Source: Parasitella parasitica NRRL 2501
Lineage: Eukaryota > Fungi > Mucoromycota
Direction of reading: 5' to 3'
DNA: 64,000 nt
Assembly (NCBI GenBank): GCA_025201805.1
Contig: MU619256.1
Location: 246,333-310,332 of the forward strand
A program made the translations under genes and the position numbers. Below are positions 49,318 to 62,348 of this stretch, one piece after another; positions within the stretch are counted from its first letter, which is position 1; the number at the start of each line of letters is the position of its first letter. Under the pieces are notes generated by a model. It ran no database searches. It was not told where the DNA came from and worked only from the letters and a program-made list of their open reading frames with translations.

Positions 49318-50814
49318 CAGTCAAAAAAGGTTGGCCCAATAAAAAAAAATTGGTTAGCTTGAAATGAAAATGGGTCGCCAAGACAAAAATGGGTCACTGT
49401 TTTGAAGATGGATCATTTAATACGAAAATGGGTCACCAGTAAAGAGAAGCTAAGAGGAAGACCAAACCTCACTCCGAAGAGCCCCCACCCCTTGATGTAG
49501 TAAAAAAGGAAAGGGGATCATACATCACTAAGAACGAAGCAAAGGTAGTCAATTTGATCAATTTATTGCAAGAATTTGAGAATATGTCTATCAGTGAAGC
49601 GGGTAGAAAGGTAGGGCTCTCCAAGTCAACAGCTATTCGTAAAGCCAAGCAGTGGAATCAAATGACAAGCGAAATAGTTGAAAAGGGATTCCCTGATTCT
49701 ATCGCAACCAAAGTAGGAAAGGGACGACCAGCAATACTCAAAGACGAACATACTGTATTTATCTTTGAGCTGCTAGCTAATGAGCCTTTTTTTTTTTGTG
49801 TATGAAAAAAGCTAGCTAATGAGCCAACATTGACAGTCGAAGCTGTTACAGACAACCTGTCAAAAGAATTTAGAGATATACAGATCACCCTTAGATCAGT
49901 GGAAAATCATATGAAGAAGAAGTGTCGCCCAACCTACAAGCGTATCATTCCTAGATATTATGGCAGGAACACGGATGAGACTGTTGCCAAAAGACGAGAT
50001 GCGGTAGCATACTGGGTTAGCCAGAACATAGATTTTATAATTAAAGGGTGTTCTTAGATGAAGCTGGATTTAATAGGAATATGTATCGCTCATATGGATG
50101 GTCTGAGGCTGGAACACCTTGCAAAATTGATGTTCAAACGAAGGGAGCAAATGTTAGCATCTTGGGTGCTATTTGTAAAAGTGGTTTAATCAACATTATC
50201 CAGAAAAGAAGTTATACTTGGTGCTAGGAGTGGAAAGCGAACTCTAACTGGTGAGAAATCTCAGGCCCTCAAGAAAAAGGGTACTACCAGCAATAACTTT
50301 TTTGAATACATAGAGCAAGTCCTCACGACACTTGATACGGCTAACATGAGCTACAAATATCTAGTTCTTGACAATGCATCCAATTCACAAGGCTGCACTT
50401 ATTGAAGATTGGGTTGGTCAACGTGGCTATAAACTTCTCTTTTTGCCCCCTTATTCTCCTTTTTTGAATCCAATCGAAGAGTTTTGGTCCAAGCTGAAGA
50501 CTGTTGTAAATAATGATCCCTCTTCTGTCAGGCAGAATGAAAAAATCTCTGATCGTATTCGCAATACATCATTTTACATCAGCAGAGAAGACTGCGAGAA
50601 TTGGATAAAGCATTCTTTGACGTTCTGGCAGAGATGCTTGAATTGTGAAAAAGGATTATAAGAGGCAACCTAAAAAGCATGCATTAAATTTCTATATTGG
50701 TGACCCATTTTCGTATTAAATGATCCATCTTCAAAACAGTGACCCATTTTTGTCTTGGCGACCCATTTTCATTTCAAGCTGACCAATTATTTTTTAACCT
50801 TTTTTCGTTGACTG
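49318..50814 (+). mobile_element. Decayed Tc1/IS630-mariner DNA transposon (DD34E) with TIRs of about 120 bp
   Basis: Ends TA|CAGTCAA...TTGACTG|CA. TIRs at 49318-49438 and 50698-50814 are nearly identical over the inner ~90 bp, each with three AAAATGGGTC(A/G)C direct repeats. Confidence 0.92.
49443..50661 (+). pseudogene. Frameshifted Tc1-like transposase
   Basis: HTH SISEAGRKVGLSKSTA; GRPAIL; FLDEAGF (~50050); LVLDNAS(I)H; FLPPYSPFLNPIEEFWSKLK, with 34 residues between the second D and E. Several frameshifts and an inserted stop. Confidence 0.88.
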
Positions 50815-51881
50815 CAGTAAGGCTCTGATAGGGAACAGAAAAATATAAGCGAAATCAATGTTGAATATGTGATAATCAAATAGATCACTTGGCTGTCCAT
50901 TTCTTTCTAACAACACCTGCTGCCATTTCATAGTAGCTTCTATCTTTGTTAATCAAGAAAAACTCAGCATGTTGTATAAGTTTAGCTAGTAGCGCGAACA
51001 ACATAGAGCTATAGATGGATTAATGATTCCAACGCAATCATGTGTGTTATAACAAATTTGAACTTCATAATGTGTATAAGTATTGCTGATTATCGCATTT
51101 ATCACTTCATTTGGTTATTTTTTAAGGCTTTGCAGTTTTAGAATTTGTGTACTTTCACATAAGCATCCATATTATGTAATATACACAGACGCATCGCTTT
51201 TATTTACCAAATGTACTACGTATCATGACTTGAATACTCTGAATACGACATGCATAACCAAATAGCGTTTTACACTAAGTTATCGGCTTCAATGCTTGCG
51301 TTGGCATCAACTTATCTGCAATAATGTCAGCTGTCAATGCAGTAAATATTCATGCTACGGCATTAGTATCAATGACAGATTAGCTCGTACCAATTGTTTG
51401 TTTGTGTGTCTTTTTATCTAAAATTCTTATTTTATCCGTATGGTTTACATCTCATAAGATGCGACTATTTGACCTGCTCAAATAGAACTACTAATGTTGT
51501 CTATAACGCAAAATACAGTATTTATTTAGGGGCTATACCTCAAGCATCTCCTTGGCTATTTGATGGCTCTTTTCTTATATCTAAGAATTCTGGCCCACAT
51601 AATTACCTATACAATATCTTTATTGATACCTGTCCCAGGCGACCAGTTCTCAGTGCAAGTGTATTCAACCTGATGTTACTGAATGTGTTGTATCAAAGAT
51701 CAATCGTAGATGGAAAAGCCCGAAGAAAAACAAGACCCACATAAAAGACCCAGTCCATGATAACACAAAAAACAAGCGCATGACGCACATACTTTGATTC
51801 TATGTCATTATAATGAGATAAAAATCTTTCCTTCCACTTTTTTCCACTCGCCTTTTTTCTCTGAAAAAAACTCGCTCTCCA

Positions 51882-52977
51882 ATGTCTGAACATCAGGCAC
51901 ACGATTTGATTTCACAAGCTGAGAAAAAATTAAATAGCTGGACCTGGTTTAATTCAAACAACAAACAGGAGGATGCAGCAGAAATATACGAAAAGGCAGG
52001 AAACACGTTTAAACTGGCTCAAAGATGTTTGTTTATAAAATATGGAGTATTGATAGCAGCGTGTACTGAGTTTCCGTTTGAAATCTAGGGCAGGATGCGG
52101 GCAACGCCTATTTCAAAGCTGCAGAGCTGTATAGAACGACGCCTGATTTGCAGTACGAATCCTCAAAGTCATTTGAAAATGCGGCCAGATGCCTGAAACG
52201 TATTGATGCCCGAGGTAGGCTGAACTTGATGACTGGAGTCTCTCTTTAAACTAAAAAGATCGATCAACAGCTTCCATAGAAGCCCTGAAGTTTGCTATTC
52301 AAATAGACAAAGAATCATCAAATTTTAGAAATGCGGCAAAGCATCATCAGGAAATAGCCGAAATTTATGAAGCTGAAATTATAGATTTAAGTGAAGCAAA
52401 GGACAACTGGAAAAAGGCGTCTGAGCTATACATGGCTGATGATTCACAAGCGTAAGTGTAGTTACATTCTGTCTGAAGCCCTGTCTTGTGCTAAAAAAAT
52501 CGTACATGTAGAATGATCAATAAATGTTTATTAAAAGTCGCCCACTTTGCAGCCCAATTAGAACAATATAACGAGGCAATTGACAACTTTGAACGAGTAG
52601 CAACGGATTCGATGGATAATCAACTGACAAAATGGTCGATAAAGGAATATTTCTTGAAAGCAGGTCTATGCTCCATGTGTATTGGGGTCCGTATTGCTTA
52701 CACTGATTTTCCATGACAAGCAACTAATCCACAATGTCACATTTAGGATACCGTAAGATGCCATCAATTGTTGAATAAATACTGCAACATGGATTTATCA
52801 TTTGAAAATACCCGAGAACATCAATTCTTACTAGGCATTCTGGGTTGTTTGGAGAACGGCGATCAGGATTTATTCAACCAGAAAGTCTTTGAGTTTGACC
52901 AAATGACAAAATTAGATAATTGGAAAATAAGCATATTATTGAAAATTAAAAAATCAATGGATTTATCCATCTTGTAA
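51882..52977 (+). CDS. SEC17: Alpha-SNAP (Sec17); 5 exons
   Basis: [26 protein letters not shown]; [13 protein letters not shown]; [17 protein letters not shown]; [14 protein letters not shown]; [11 protein letters not shown]. Confidence 0.95.
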
Positions 52978-53073
52978 TATGACGATTTGAAACAAAAATT
53001 GATATTTTATTTGGGGTTTCACCAGAAAAAGAAAAAAAAAAAGCTGGTTGCTTTTCTTCCTTTCTTTTCGCTA

Positions 53074-54955
53074 ATGTCCAGTCCAATTAATACTTCTTCA
53101 TCAAGGCATAGACCTTCTTTATCTTCATCATCTATTCCAATGCCACCTCCTCAGTCACATTCTCCAACGCACCCTACTCACTTGAACCCCTCTCAAGATC
53201 TGTTGTCTGTCAATCGTTCATCTGAAAGAAGGAACTCCCAATCTCAGTTATCGTCGAGTGCTCCCTCGTTTGGATCCTTTTTAAATGGGCAGCACCAGTC
53301 AAATGGTGCCAATGATCAGTCTTCTAATCGCAGTAGTACCAGTTCCAACAGAAGAAGGGATAGTTCAGCTGTTGGTACAGGTAACAGAAGGGAAAGCATC
53401 ACGCCGTCAAATTCTCCAATGTTGACTATAGAATTTGACGGCGGCAATCATGTCATTGTACGCCCCAATCGAATTATTCGAGGAAAGGTCATACTGAACC
53501 TATGCGAAAGAATTCATGTGACAAGAATTCGAGTCAAGGTAAAGCAATGAAAGCTTTTGTTGAAATGGTTGGGTCAGTGTGTATCTAACATTCTACGCAA
53601 TCTTACAGTTTCGTGCAGAAGAAGCAGCCATGGTCAAAGTAGACGAAGGCGGGGCAGATGGTAAAGGTGAATGGATTCATGAGATGATTACAACTTTTTT
53701 TGAAACTGAATGGAAGTTGCACGGACAAGAAGTTTCTCGTATGTATTCAAGCACCAAAGAATGACGCGAATACAGACGGCAACGAAAATTAACTTTGCTT
53801 AGCCTATTCTCAGTGCGCATGGGATGAAATTGAGCCTGGACATTACGAGTATCCATTTGCACTAAAGGTAGCTTAATGGAAATTACTGCTACAAACACAA
53901 ATTTCTTAAAAGTTGATATTAGTTTCCAAATGTAAATTATCCTCCCTCGATGGAAGAGCCTGCTGGCTTTGGTATCCGGTATATCTGGACAGCACAGGTT
54001 GATGGACCTGCACTTCAATCTGGATTGAAGAGCAGAGAATACATTACACCTTATAGACCTATCATTGTTTCTATTGCCGGTAAGTTCTTTGTGTGGCGGC
54101 ACAAGTTTTGTTCGAGATGCTCAGTTCTCTGTTTTATTGTTATTAGATAAGGAATGGATATACAAAACAACATTGATGAAAGGAAAGAGCCAAGCTTTAG
54201 CTGAAGTGCAGGCAAAATTGTACAAGCAAACTTACTGCCCGGATGAGCCTTTCAAAATGCAACTCAACATGATGATCTTACATTCTGATTCAAAAATTAC
54301 AAGCATTGTGTATCGATTCCGAAAGCATCATGAAGGCAAAATGTTGGTTCAGCAGGGTACAGCATTCCGAGAAAATATCAGAACTGTCATCCAAGACGTC
54401 GTTTTACTTCCTTCCACATGCGATTTGACTCAGTTATCAGAGACTATAAAATTTGACGTCCCTACTAGACTTGTATCACCCTCCTTCTTATCGCGCCATA
54501 CAAGAGTTCACTATGACCTTTGCTTCCAAGTAACCATTGAGCAAGGTCATTTGTTCAAAACAAGCCATGTCAATGAATTCGCTATCCCTCTCACTATTGC
54601 AAATTTACCCTACAATCAACTATTGAGAATTCCAGACCTTACAGCGATCCAACACTACCAACAATCCACAGAATGTCCATTGTTCTTTGATCCAGCACTG
54701 GAAGAGCCACCAGCGCCTCAAGGATTGCCTAGCGAACTTATTGGACCTCTGACAGCTGCGTTAATGAGTCCGAACTCATCAGACGAGCAACCACCTAGTT
54801 ATTTCAGTTTGCCTGAATTACCTCCTCAATTTGAGTTGCGAAAAGAGAGAAAAGAAAGAACTGTGTTTATGACAAGACAGGCTCGTGGTGCATATCACGG
54901 ACATGATTTGGGTGAAGCCACCGTCATTCCCGGATTATATGATGAGGATTGGTGA
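53074..54955 (+). CDS. Alpha-arrestin (arrestin-N and arrestin-C domains, PPxY motif); about 5 exons
   Basis: IIRGKVILNL..IHVTRIRVK/FRAEE; PGHYEYPFALK/FPNVNYPPS; IRYIWTA; PSF....RVHYDL; IPLTIA; PPSY. Confidence 0.85.
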
Positions 54956-55064
54956 TTCCCTTCTTGTACATTATAGGAGTAACTCCTGTTCTTTACAATA
55001 GATAAAATGTCAATTAAATGAATCTGATACTTTTGCACAAAAAAAAAATATTCATTTTAATTTT

Positions 55065-56584
55065 TTAATTCCACCCCCACACTTCTTTGACCCATTGTCC
55101 TAAATCCATGTCTATATTCTGCCATTTTAATATGAATGGATGTTCAAGCATGCGGGCAGGTGTTGGTCGATAATTAGGGTCTTTTGTCAAACTATCAGCA
55201 TGAATAAGTAACCAAACAAACTACACACACGCATAAGCCAAATTAAAACACTCACCAGATAGCTACAAAGTTTTTACATTCATCTGAAATATGGTCTCCT
55301 TGAATTTCTGGTACAGGCTGGCGTACAATGAAATCGAGTAACTCGAAAATTGAGAGATGAGGTTGATCTGGAGGAGGCAAAGCTGGCCGATTTTGTGATA
55401 CTTCAATTAAAGTCAAGCCAAGTGACCAAATATCAGATTGCACGGCATAAGCATTGCCCTGAATACGCTCAGGCTATATATGCATAAGGAGTTTACAGGT
55501 TAAAAATAAGTTCAATGTTTACGTTGTGCTTTCTGCTTACAGCCATATAATATTGAGTGCCTGTAAATGTCTGTGCGATAGAATTGATCAATTCACCAGA
55601 TACACCGAAATCACATAGTTTAATCTCTCCCTCTCGTGTCACCACAATATTGGATGGTTTTATATCTATTTATAATATTACGTACTTGCTTTTGAAGTAA
55701 TTGCTGTTATGTACGAACCTCTGTGAATTACTCGTTTTGAATGTAAATAAACTAGACCTTTGCAAACCTATCACCATATGTTAAACATATATACGATGCT
55801 TTTCGACCAAAAAATAATACCGATTCTGCAATGCGCTCCAAAACTGGTTCACCAATTACACCTCCTAAAGACCTTGCCCTTTTGTAAATATCCTCCAGGC
55901 TTCCAGCCTCACAATATTCCATACATAGCGAAACAGTTGTATCTCCATCGTCTAAAAATACACCATAAAATGATACGATGTAAGGTGAATCACACGTTTT
56001 CAAGAATGCCAATTCACGCAAGATTTGGCGTTGAACGACTGGATTAGGTTCAGTAGAAATGGACTAGAGAATCAAAGCATCAAAAGATGGGCAACCCCTT
56101 TCTTATTACCAGAATCAAAACAAACCTTTTTGGCCATCACTTTTTGAGTTGGTTTGTGAAATACTTTACGTACGGTACCTGCCGCACCTTCGCCTAATCT
56201 AGACAACGTTTCAAGGTCGTCTGCTTTTATTTCCATGAAATGCGAGTTTGCTTCTAGTACTTGTTGATTGGCGTTGATGGAAGGTGGAGGAAGAGGAGGC
56301 TCACGTAAAACAGGGATATCTTGATTTCTAACGTCTTTTTGCTGTTGTTGTGATGATGGTGGTGGCAGTGGCTGGGCGAACAAGTAAGAAGCAGCCAAAG
56401 AAGGCTCTTCTTTCTCAACAACCGGGCCACTGTAATTTTCTCCATTTACAATGTTTGTAATTTCTAGTCGAAATCCGGAAGATGGAGAAGAGGTCGATTG
56501 AAGATGTTCGGAAGTTAAGCGAAGTCCGGGCTTACGTTTACCAGATTTTGGTTGACCTAGAGTGATTCCAGGTGGATGTGACAT
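55065..56584 (-). CDS. MKK1: MAP kinase kinase, Mkk1/Pek1 (cell-wall integrity) type; 6 exons
   Basis: N-terminal D-motif KRKPGLRL; LGEGAAGTV; MEYCEAGSL; IHR/DIKPSNI; [28 protein letters not shown]; SDIWSLG. Confidence 0.88.
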
Positions 56585-57303
56585 TTGTGTTGTATGAAGA
56601 TTATCAACAAGAAAGAAAGAATAATAAAAAGGGTTACAGACTCGGATTTCCTCCCGTTTTTCTATCATTGCTCAACTGGTTGTAGGAGTCACGAATCTAA
56701 ATATGCTAAATATGTTGTCTTGCTCAATTACTTTGTATCTCACCTTGATCAAGCCAATTGAACATCTATTTTGATGTTGCACTAGCTTAAAATTCTACTT
56801 ATCGTTTGCTTTCTTTTTTCAACTAATGATACTTTCATTGTCTCTATTCGCAAATACACATGCAGCAAACGTAAGCTTTGTCTGAGTTCTGGGGATGAGT
56901 AGCACAATGAAACACTAGAAATTAAATCATTTCATTGCATGCAAAAAAAAAAAAGAGTTATTTTTACTCTCGTGCATTTCCAATATCAATACATGAATCA
57001 ATTAGGGGTATCAAAAGTGCTATCTAATCCTATATCGTACTGAGTCGAGATTTTTTAATGCTTACGAAAGGCTAACGAGACCTTGTGAAATACATATATA
57101 AAGATAAACATTTACATCAATACTCACGCAAGTTGCAATGTATGCCGCGCGTGTATAAGTAATGTCGTAAGGTTTTATCTAGAAGACGCTCTACAGAAAG
57201 GAATAATAATCCTCAAATAATACATCTAATGCTACAAGCGGTTTTTATTTTGAAACAAAGACAAAGCTAAAATATGAAACTTAAGATCAATAAAAAAAGT
57301 TTA

Positions 57304-58684
57304 TTATAGGAGGATATCATCATATCTTAAATCTCTTCTTTGTCTCTCTTCTCGTACAAATGCGAGGTAGGATTGATGGGTAGCAGAATTGGCAGAGCTT
57401 TGATCAGTAGAGCTTTCGAACGAAATGGGTGTATTAAATTTAGGCATGTGCTGGTATTCCAAGTCAACAGCAATGTTGATACCTAGACAGCCATGATAAA
57501 TGTCAATGAGTAAAAATTCCAAAAGAAAAAGTTATATGTTTATATTCACCTGCTGAAATTTTCTCTGTCCATAACAACATTGCAGCACTAGTCTGTACAT
57601 GAAAGAGTATTTGTGGCCCATTCTCGGTTATAATACGAAACACATTTTGCTTCTTAGTGTAATCCGTAGCTGCTTGCACCTTGGCATTTGACAAGGATAG
57701 ATTGGTCAATGGAGTAAAGCTGCTATTCTGTTGGTAATATGGTGTCATGGTCGGTAAATATCGATAACCTCCGAGTGAAGGTGAGGTATTCCTTGCTTCG
57801 TAAATCTTTAATACAGTTCCACTGAGTTCCATATAAATATCTCTGTGTGCAAATGTTAGCTTGACTGTTTGAATTGCTAATGCTCATATTGTAGCATATC
57901 TCCAGTTTAATACATACCTCCAAGGACGTCGCTTAGGCCTAACGCTTGGAAGATCATATTCAATTTTGGCTGACGCCTTGCCCATTTTTTGCACGGAACA
58001 AGAATACTTGGGCAGCGCTTCTTTGCCTTCTATGTTCTGTTTTGGAAGACTTCTATTAACGTTTGTGTATGAATTTCTCCTTCGTTTGTCCAAGATGTAA
58101 TCACAATATTCCGGAGGATTCAGAGATGGTAGCGAGAAACGTCGACTGTTATCGTATTTGGGTGGATCAGCAGCAAACTTTATCCTCTTATGCGCTGACT
58201 CTTTAATTGAGTTTGGCCAAATTTGTTCTTCATTGTTGTGGTTAGTGGTGCTTGAGGCCGCAGTAATTGAATGGGTTCTTTGTAATATATCTTCTACAAT
58301 GTTTGTATTATCTACGTTGTCTTGATTGTCACTTGAAGGAGGGTAAGGTATGCCATCGTTTTGATCTTCTTGCGTGGGGCTAGATATGAGATAATCACTT
58401 GTGTTTTGAAGAATGTCGTCATCGTCTTCAGATTGACTGAACGAGGATAAGCTACTTGTCAGCGATGATCTACGAATAGACTGTGCAATTTTTGACAATT
58501 TTCGACAATCTCTTTGTTTACGGATGCCGAACAACTTGAAGTCTTTTTCGTCTGTCATTTGCATAAATTGATCCAAATCTACGCCTTTTAGATGTGAACT
58601 ATAGCGTAATAATTCGACTTGATTAAGTACATCGTCTACAAAATTGACTGTCAGTAAATATTGCAACATACTAAACAAAGACAT
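57304..58684 (-). CDS. SAM-like + PH-domain protein with PY motifs (YHR131C-like PH); 3 exons
   Basis: N-terminal SAM-like DLDQFMQMTDEKDFKLFGI; PPKY, PPEY, LPKY; KRRPWR/.IYMELSGTVLKIY; LSLSNAKVQAATDYTKKQNVFRI..E..QILF; W...ISA/GINIAVDLE. Confidence 0.75.
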
Positions 58685-61600
58685 GTCTTATTTACTGGTT
58701 GTTGTTGAGATGTTGCCGTAACAACTATCTTGGACGATTATAATAGGGGATTGCAATTGTTTAAGCATAGTTTAAAACTAACAAATAAATTGACGCTTAA
58801 TGTTTTCATGAAAAGGCCTCCTTTTATCAAAATTTTAAACATTATGCAGCCTGTGTTAAGCGAATGGTGCTTCTCCAATGGTGCGTCATTTGGAAATTCT
58901 GAAATGAAATTTCTTTCTACGAACGAATTAATGTTTTATGTTATTTTCGATAGGTTTTGCATGCGCCAAAAAGAACATTATCACACAATGATATATTAGA
59001 AAAGTCCAAATTGTTATATCCCTTTATAATAATATATAAGTGCAAAGTGGTTTTGACGATTTTACCAAGAGCATTGACGTGAGTTTTGTTAAGACTTATT
59101 TTACCAGGACAGCTTTTCAATCTTTTATCATGAATTCTTTTCACATTTGCCAATGTAATAATGCTTCATATAATAAAAATATTTCATACAGTTTATCATC
59201 TTAGCTTCTTGTCATGAATAGCGGATATGTTAAACAAGTCAATTCAATGAATTCTATATTTTAGTCACAGCCTCTCTTGATGAATACTAATAAATTTCCA
59301 ACTAGTCTGTATTAAGTTATACTCTACATTAAAGATCCTGTCTTTTTATGACTAAGTCGCCGGATCTGTTTTGCATTAATACCCTTAACCATTATTTCCC
59401 AATCATCCTATTTGGTAGGTACATTATATACTTTGAATAAACCAACTCCAGCGTTTTGCCCTTTGCTTTTTCATAGTTAAACCTCTGGTATATACTAGGA
59501 GGATTTCTTAAACTCCAGCAAAATCTTACAATCTTACTTTACTGGTGTTGATAGGTTTGATCCTAGTAGGATTTAAACCACTAGTCCAGAGATTTCTTCA
59601 CAAGCAATAGATACTTTTCAATGCCATTTAGTATAATAAGTTGCAGTTCCTGAAGTGAACTAGACTAGATTTCCATCATTAAATATTGCCATCATCCCAA
59701 TAATAGCAGCTATCTTTACAAATTTAAACAAATAGCAGGGATAGGAATTGACATATGCCAAAACAGCATGTTATGCCGTAAACCAAGCTTGAAAAGGAAC
59801 ATTTTATCAAATAAATGAAAGCCTCCTAATCGCATTAGGAATAAAAGCATGTTCCTTGATTCATCGTTAGTTCAACTACATCAATAAACAAATCAATATT
59901 CACACTCACGTAAGATAAGGATAGCTATGATGAAATTATTCTATTGTCCTGATGACTGACCATCGCTAATAAACACAAGTAGTATAATAGTGCATTTAGT
60001 CAGAACGGCTGATTAAAAATTAAAACATAACATGAAGAATAACGGAACCGATAAGAATTAACGATATAATAGTTTGCTAGTCAGACGATATCCAAATAAT
60101 AAAAAAGAGATGTACAATAGCAGCTTATTGCACAAGAAAATACACTTTCAAAATAAAGAAGGATTCTAACCGAATCTTTTTTTACTGCGTTTCATTGCAG
60201 CTACGATTTAATAACATTTTTCACTTCCTGTCAAACTCCAAATGTTATACGATAAATATTGATTAGAATATATTTTAGTATAAATAGAGATCATACTCTA
60301 ATGTCAAGAAAAGTCCTCAGTTTTGTATCTGATTTTACTCAGAGTGTTATGTCAAAACTCTGATAAAATAAATCTGCTAAATAATTACTCTTCTATCCTT
60401 AAAAGACCTCTCAATGTATTGATCCACACATTCAACACACAAGGGTCCTGCTGTCTGACTGATGCACACCATGATCACCCGCCCTGATTTACTTTATAAG
60501 ACCCTGAGCTGATCTGGGAATTTGACGTAAAGACCTTACCATGTTATTGAAATAACACAGAGAATGTCTATATTTATTTTATTCATAAAATTTTCACTAC
60601 ATTTCGCTGTGCTCTTCACACTGGCACAACAAGCACTACCCTAAAAATGATAAACTACGACCATGAAAACATAGTGAAATTGAAAGGCTTTGAGATCTGA
60701 GATGTACAATGTGAATTCCGAAATCGTTTGTTTTTTTGCGGCGTTCAAAGCACCATTGAGAGCAGAAAATTTTGATGCTATATGGATTAGATTCACGTAA
60801 GGTACAGGAATTAATGTACTTTGCTACACTAAAATACAGTCAGAATTACAGCTTTTTGCTCGTTACCACGGATAGAAACATCACTAGGAAACCAAGAAAA
60901 GTGGCGTAATTGGTATGGATTGAATATCCGAAGTTTATTGTTGACAACTACAATGAGATTTTATACTTTCGCTTTGGAATCTAAACCATAGATAGAGTCG
61001 TATAATACAACCACTACATTGATCTGCTTTCCACTTTTAGATTCATCTAGTTACCTTTAAACTGATATAGACTACATATATGCACAGTTAATAAGATGTA
61101 CAATACAGATTTATACTATATAAGATATAGGCTAGGGATCGCACCATTAGGATGGATGACGCTATAGACCTTGTACTTGTATCTCGACTTGGGTCTTAGA
61201 CATTTACTTGGCTTGGTATGTGCTACGAGCTTAAGCCATATAAGATCTATGCTTCAGATGCGTATTTCCGCTTTCCAGGTACACACTACAAGACATCTAC
61301 TTATATTCATGATGCTCTACAGATATATTATGTACTACAGACTTGTAGATAAGTGCAATGCTATGGATATGTTTATGACATGCTATATACATGTTACTTA
61401 AAAATATACACTTAGGCATGTACTATTAATCTACTAAATTGGAGTACACTAGAAATGATATACGCTTATGGATCGATATTAACGTACTCTATATGGAAGA
61501 TTAATCAGGGTACCTCTATCTACTCACTTAAACAGATCAAAGTTATCTTTAGTCTGCTGAGGTGTCGTTTGGCACGAAATTAAAGATACTAATTAATCAG

Positions 61601-62348
61601 AACTGTCTTACACGTTTAATTATGATAGTAAAGCGTTTATATAAAGATTCATCTTTCTGGCCAGCAGATGGACTAGGGCTTTATGCACCTGTCGATTTGA
61701 TATCAATATCTAAGCCTTTATCAAGTTGCCATTTTTTTTTTTTATTTCTGCTGATTTGATAAACTAGTTTGTGAAGATAAATTTCAATGAACAAGCAGCT
61801 TTGGCCATTGATGACTATTGCAAAGCTTAAAATCATGGATGGTAATCTGTTGAATTTCATTTAAAATTGAGGAATTATATACTTAATTGTAAAGTAGTTT
61901 CAAATATGATACAAGCAGCATTTTTTGTCACAAATAGAAATTTCAGGTACGTACACTGTACTGAAATTTGTGAGAATATAAACATTGATTCCCTGGCAAA
62001 TGTAATCGTTTTTTGTTCATTGTTACATGTCATTCCACCCTTCTTCATCTCTTAAAACCTTGCGATTTATAATCTCGATATGAAATAACGCCTATCTCCG
62101 ATATTTGAAACTGGGAAATGGCAGGAAAACCTGGAGTTGGTTTTGTAAAATTATTTAAAAAATGGTTCTCTTTGTCGAGTGTCAGATCTCTGGATTTCTC
62201 CATTCCTTTTCTTTCATTATTATATCTTACCCGTACGATCAAATTAAAGGGGCTCTAGACAACACAAAAGATAGGATATTTTATCGATTCAGTGAAAGAA
62301 AACCCTCCAGAGCAAGCAAAAATCAGAAAATATTACAAAGGACATTTT

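Noticed and set aside
59440-59600. Small palindromes (ATCCTAGTAGGAT, TACTAGGA/TCCTAGTA)
   Set aside because: Too short to exceed chance; no element boundaries.
61050-61530. TpA-rich segment lacking homopolymers, suggestive of RIP or a TE relic
   Set aside because: No identifiable TE motif, RIP is not established in Mucorales, and it cannot be tested without other genomic copies.
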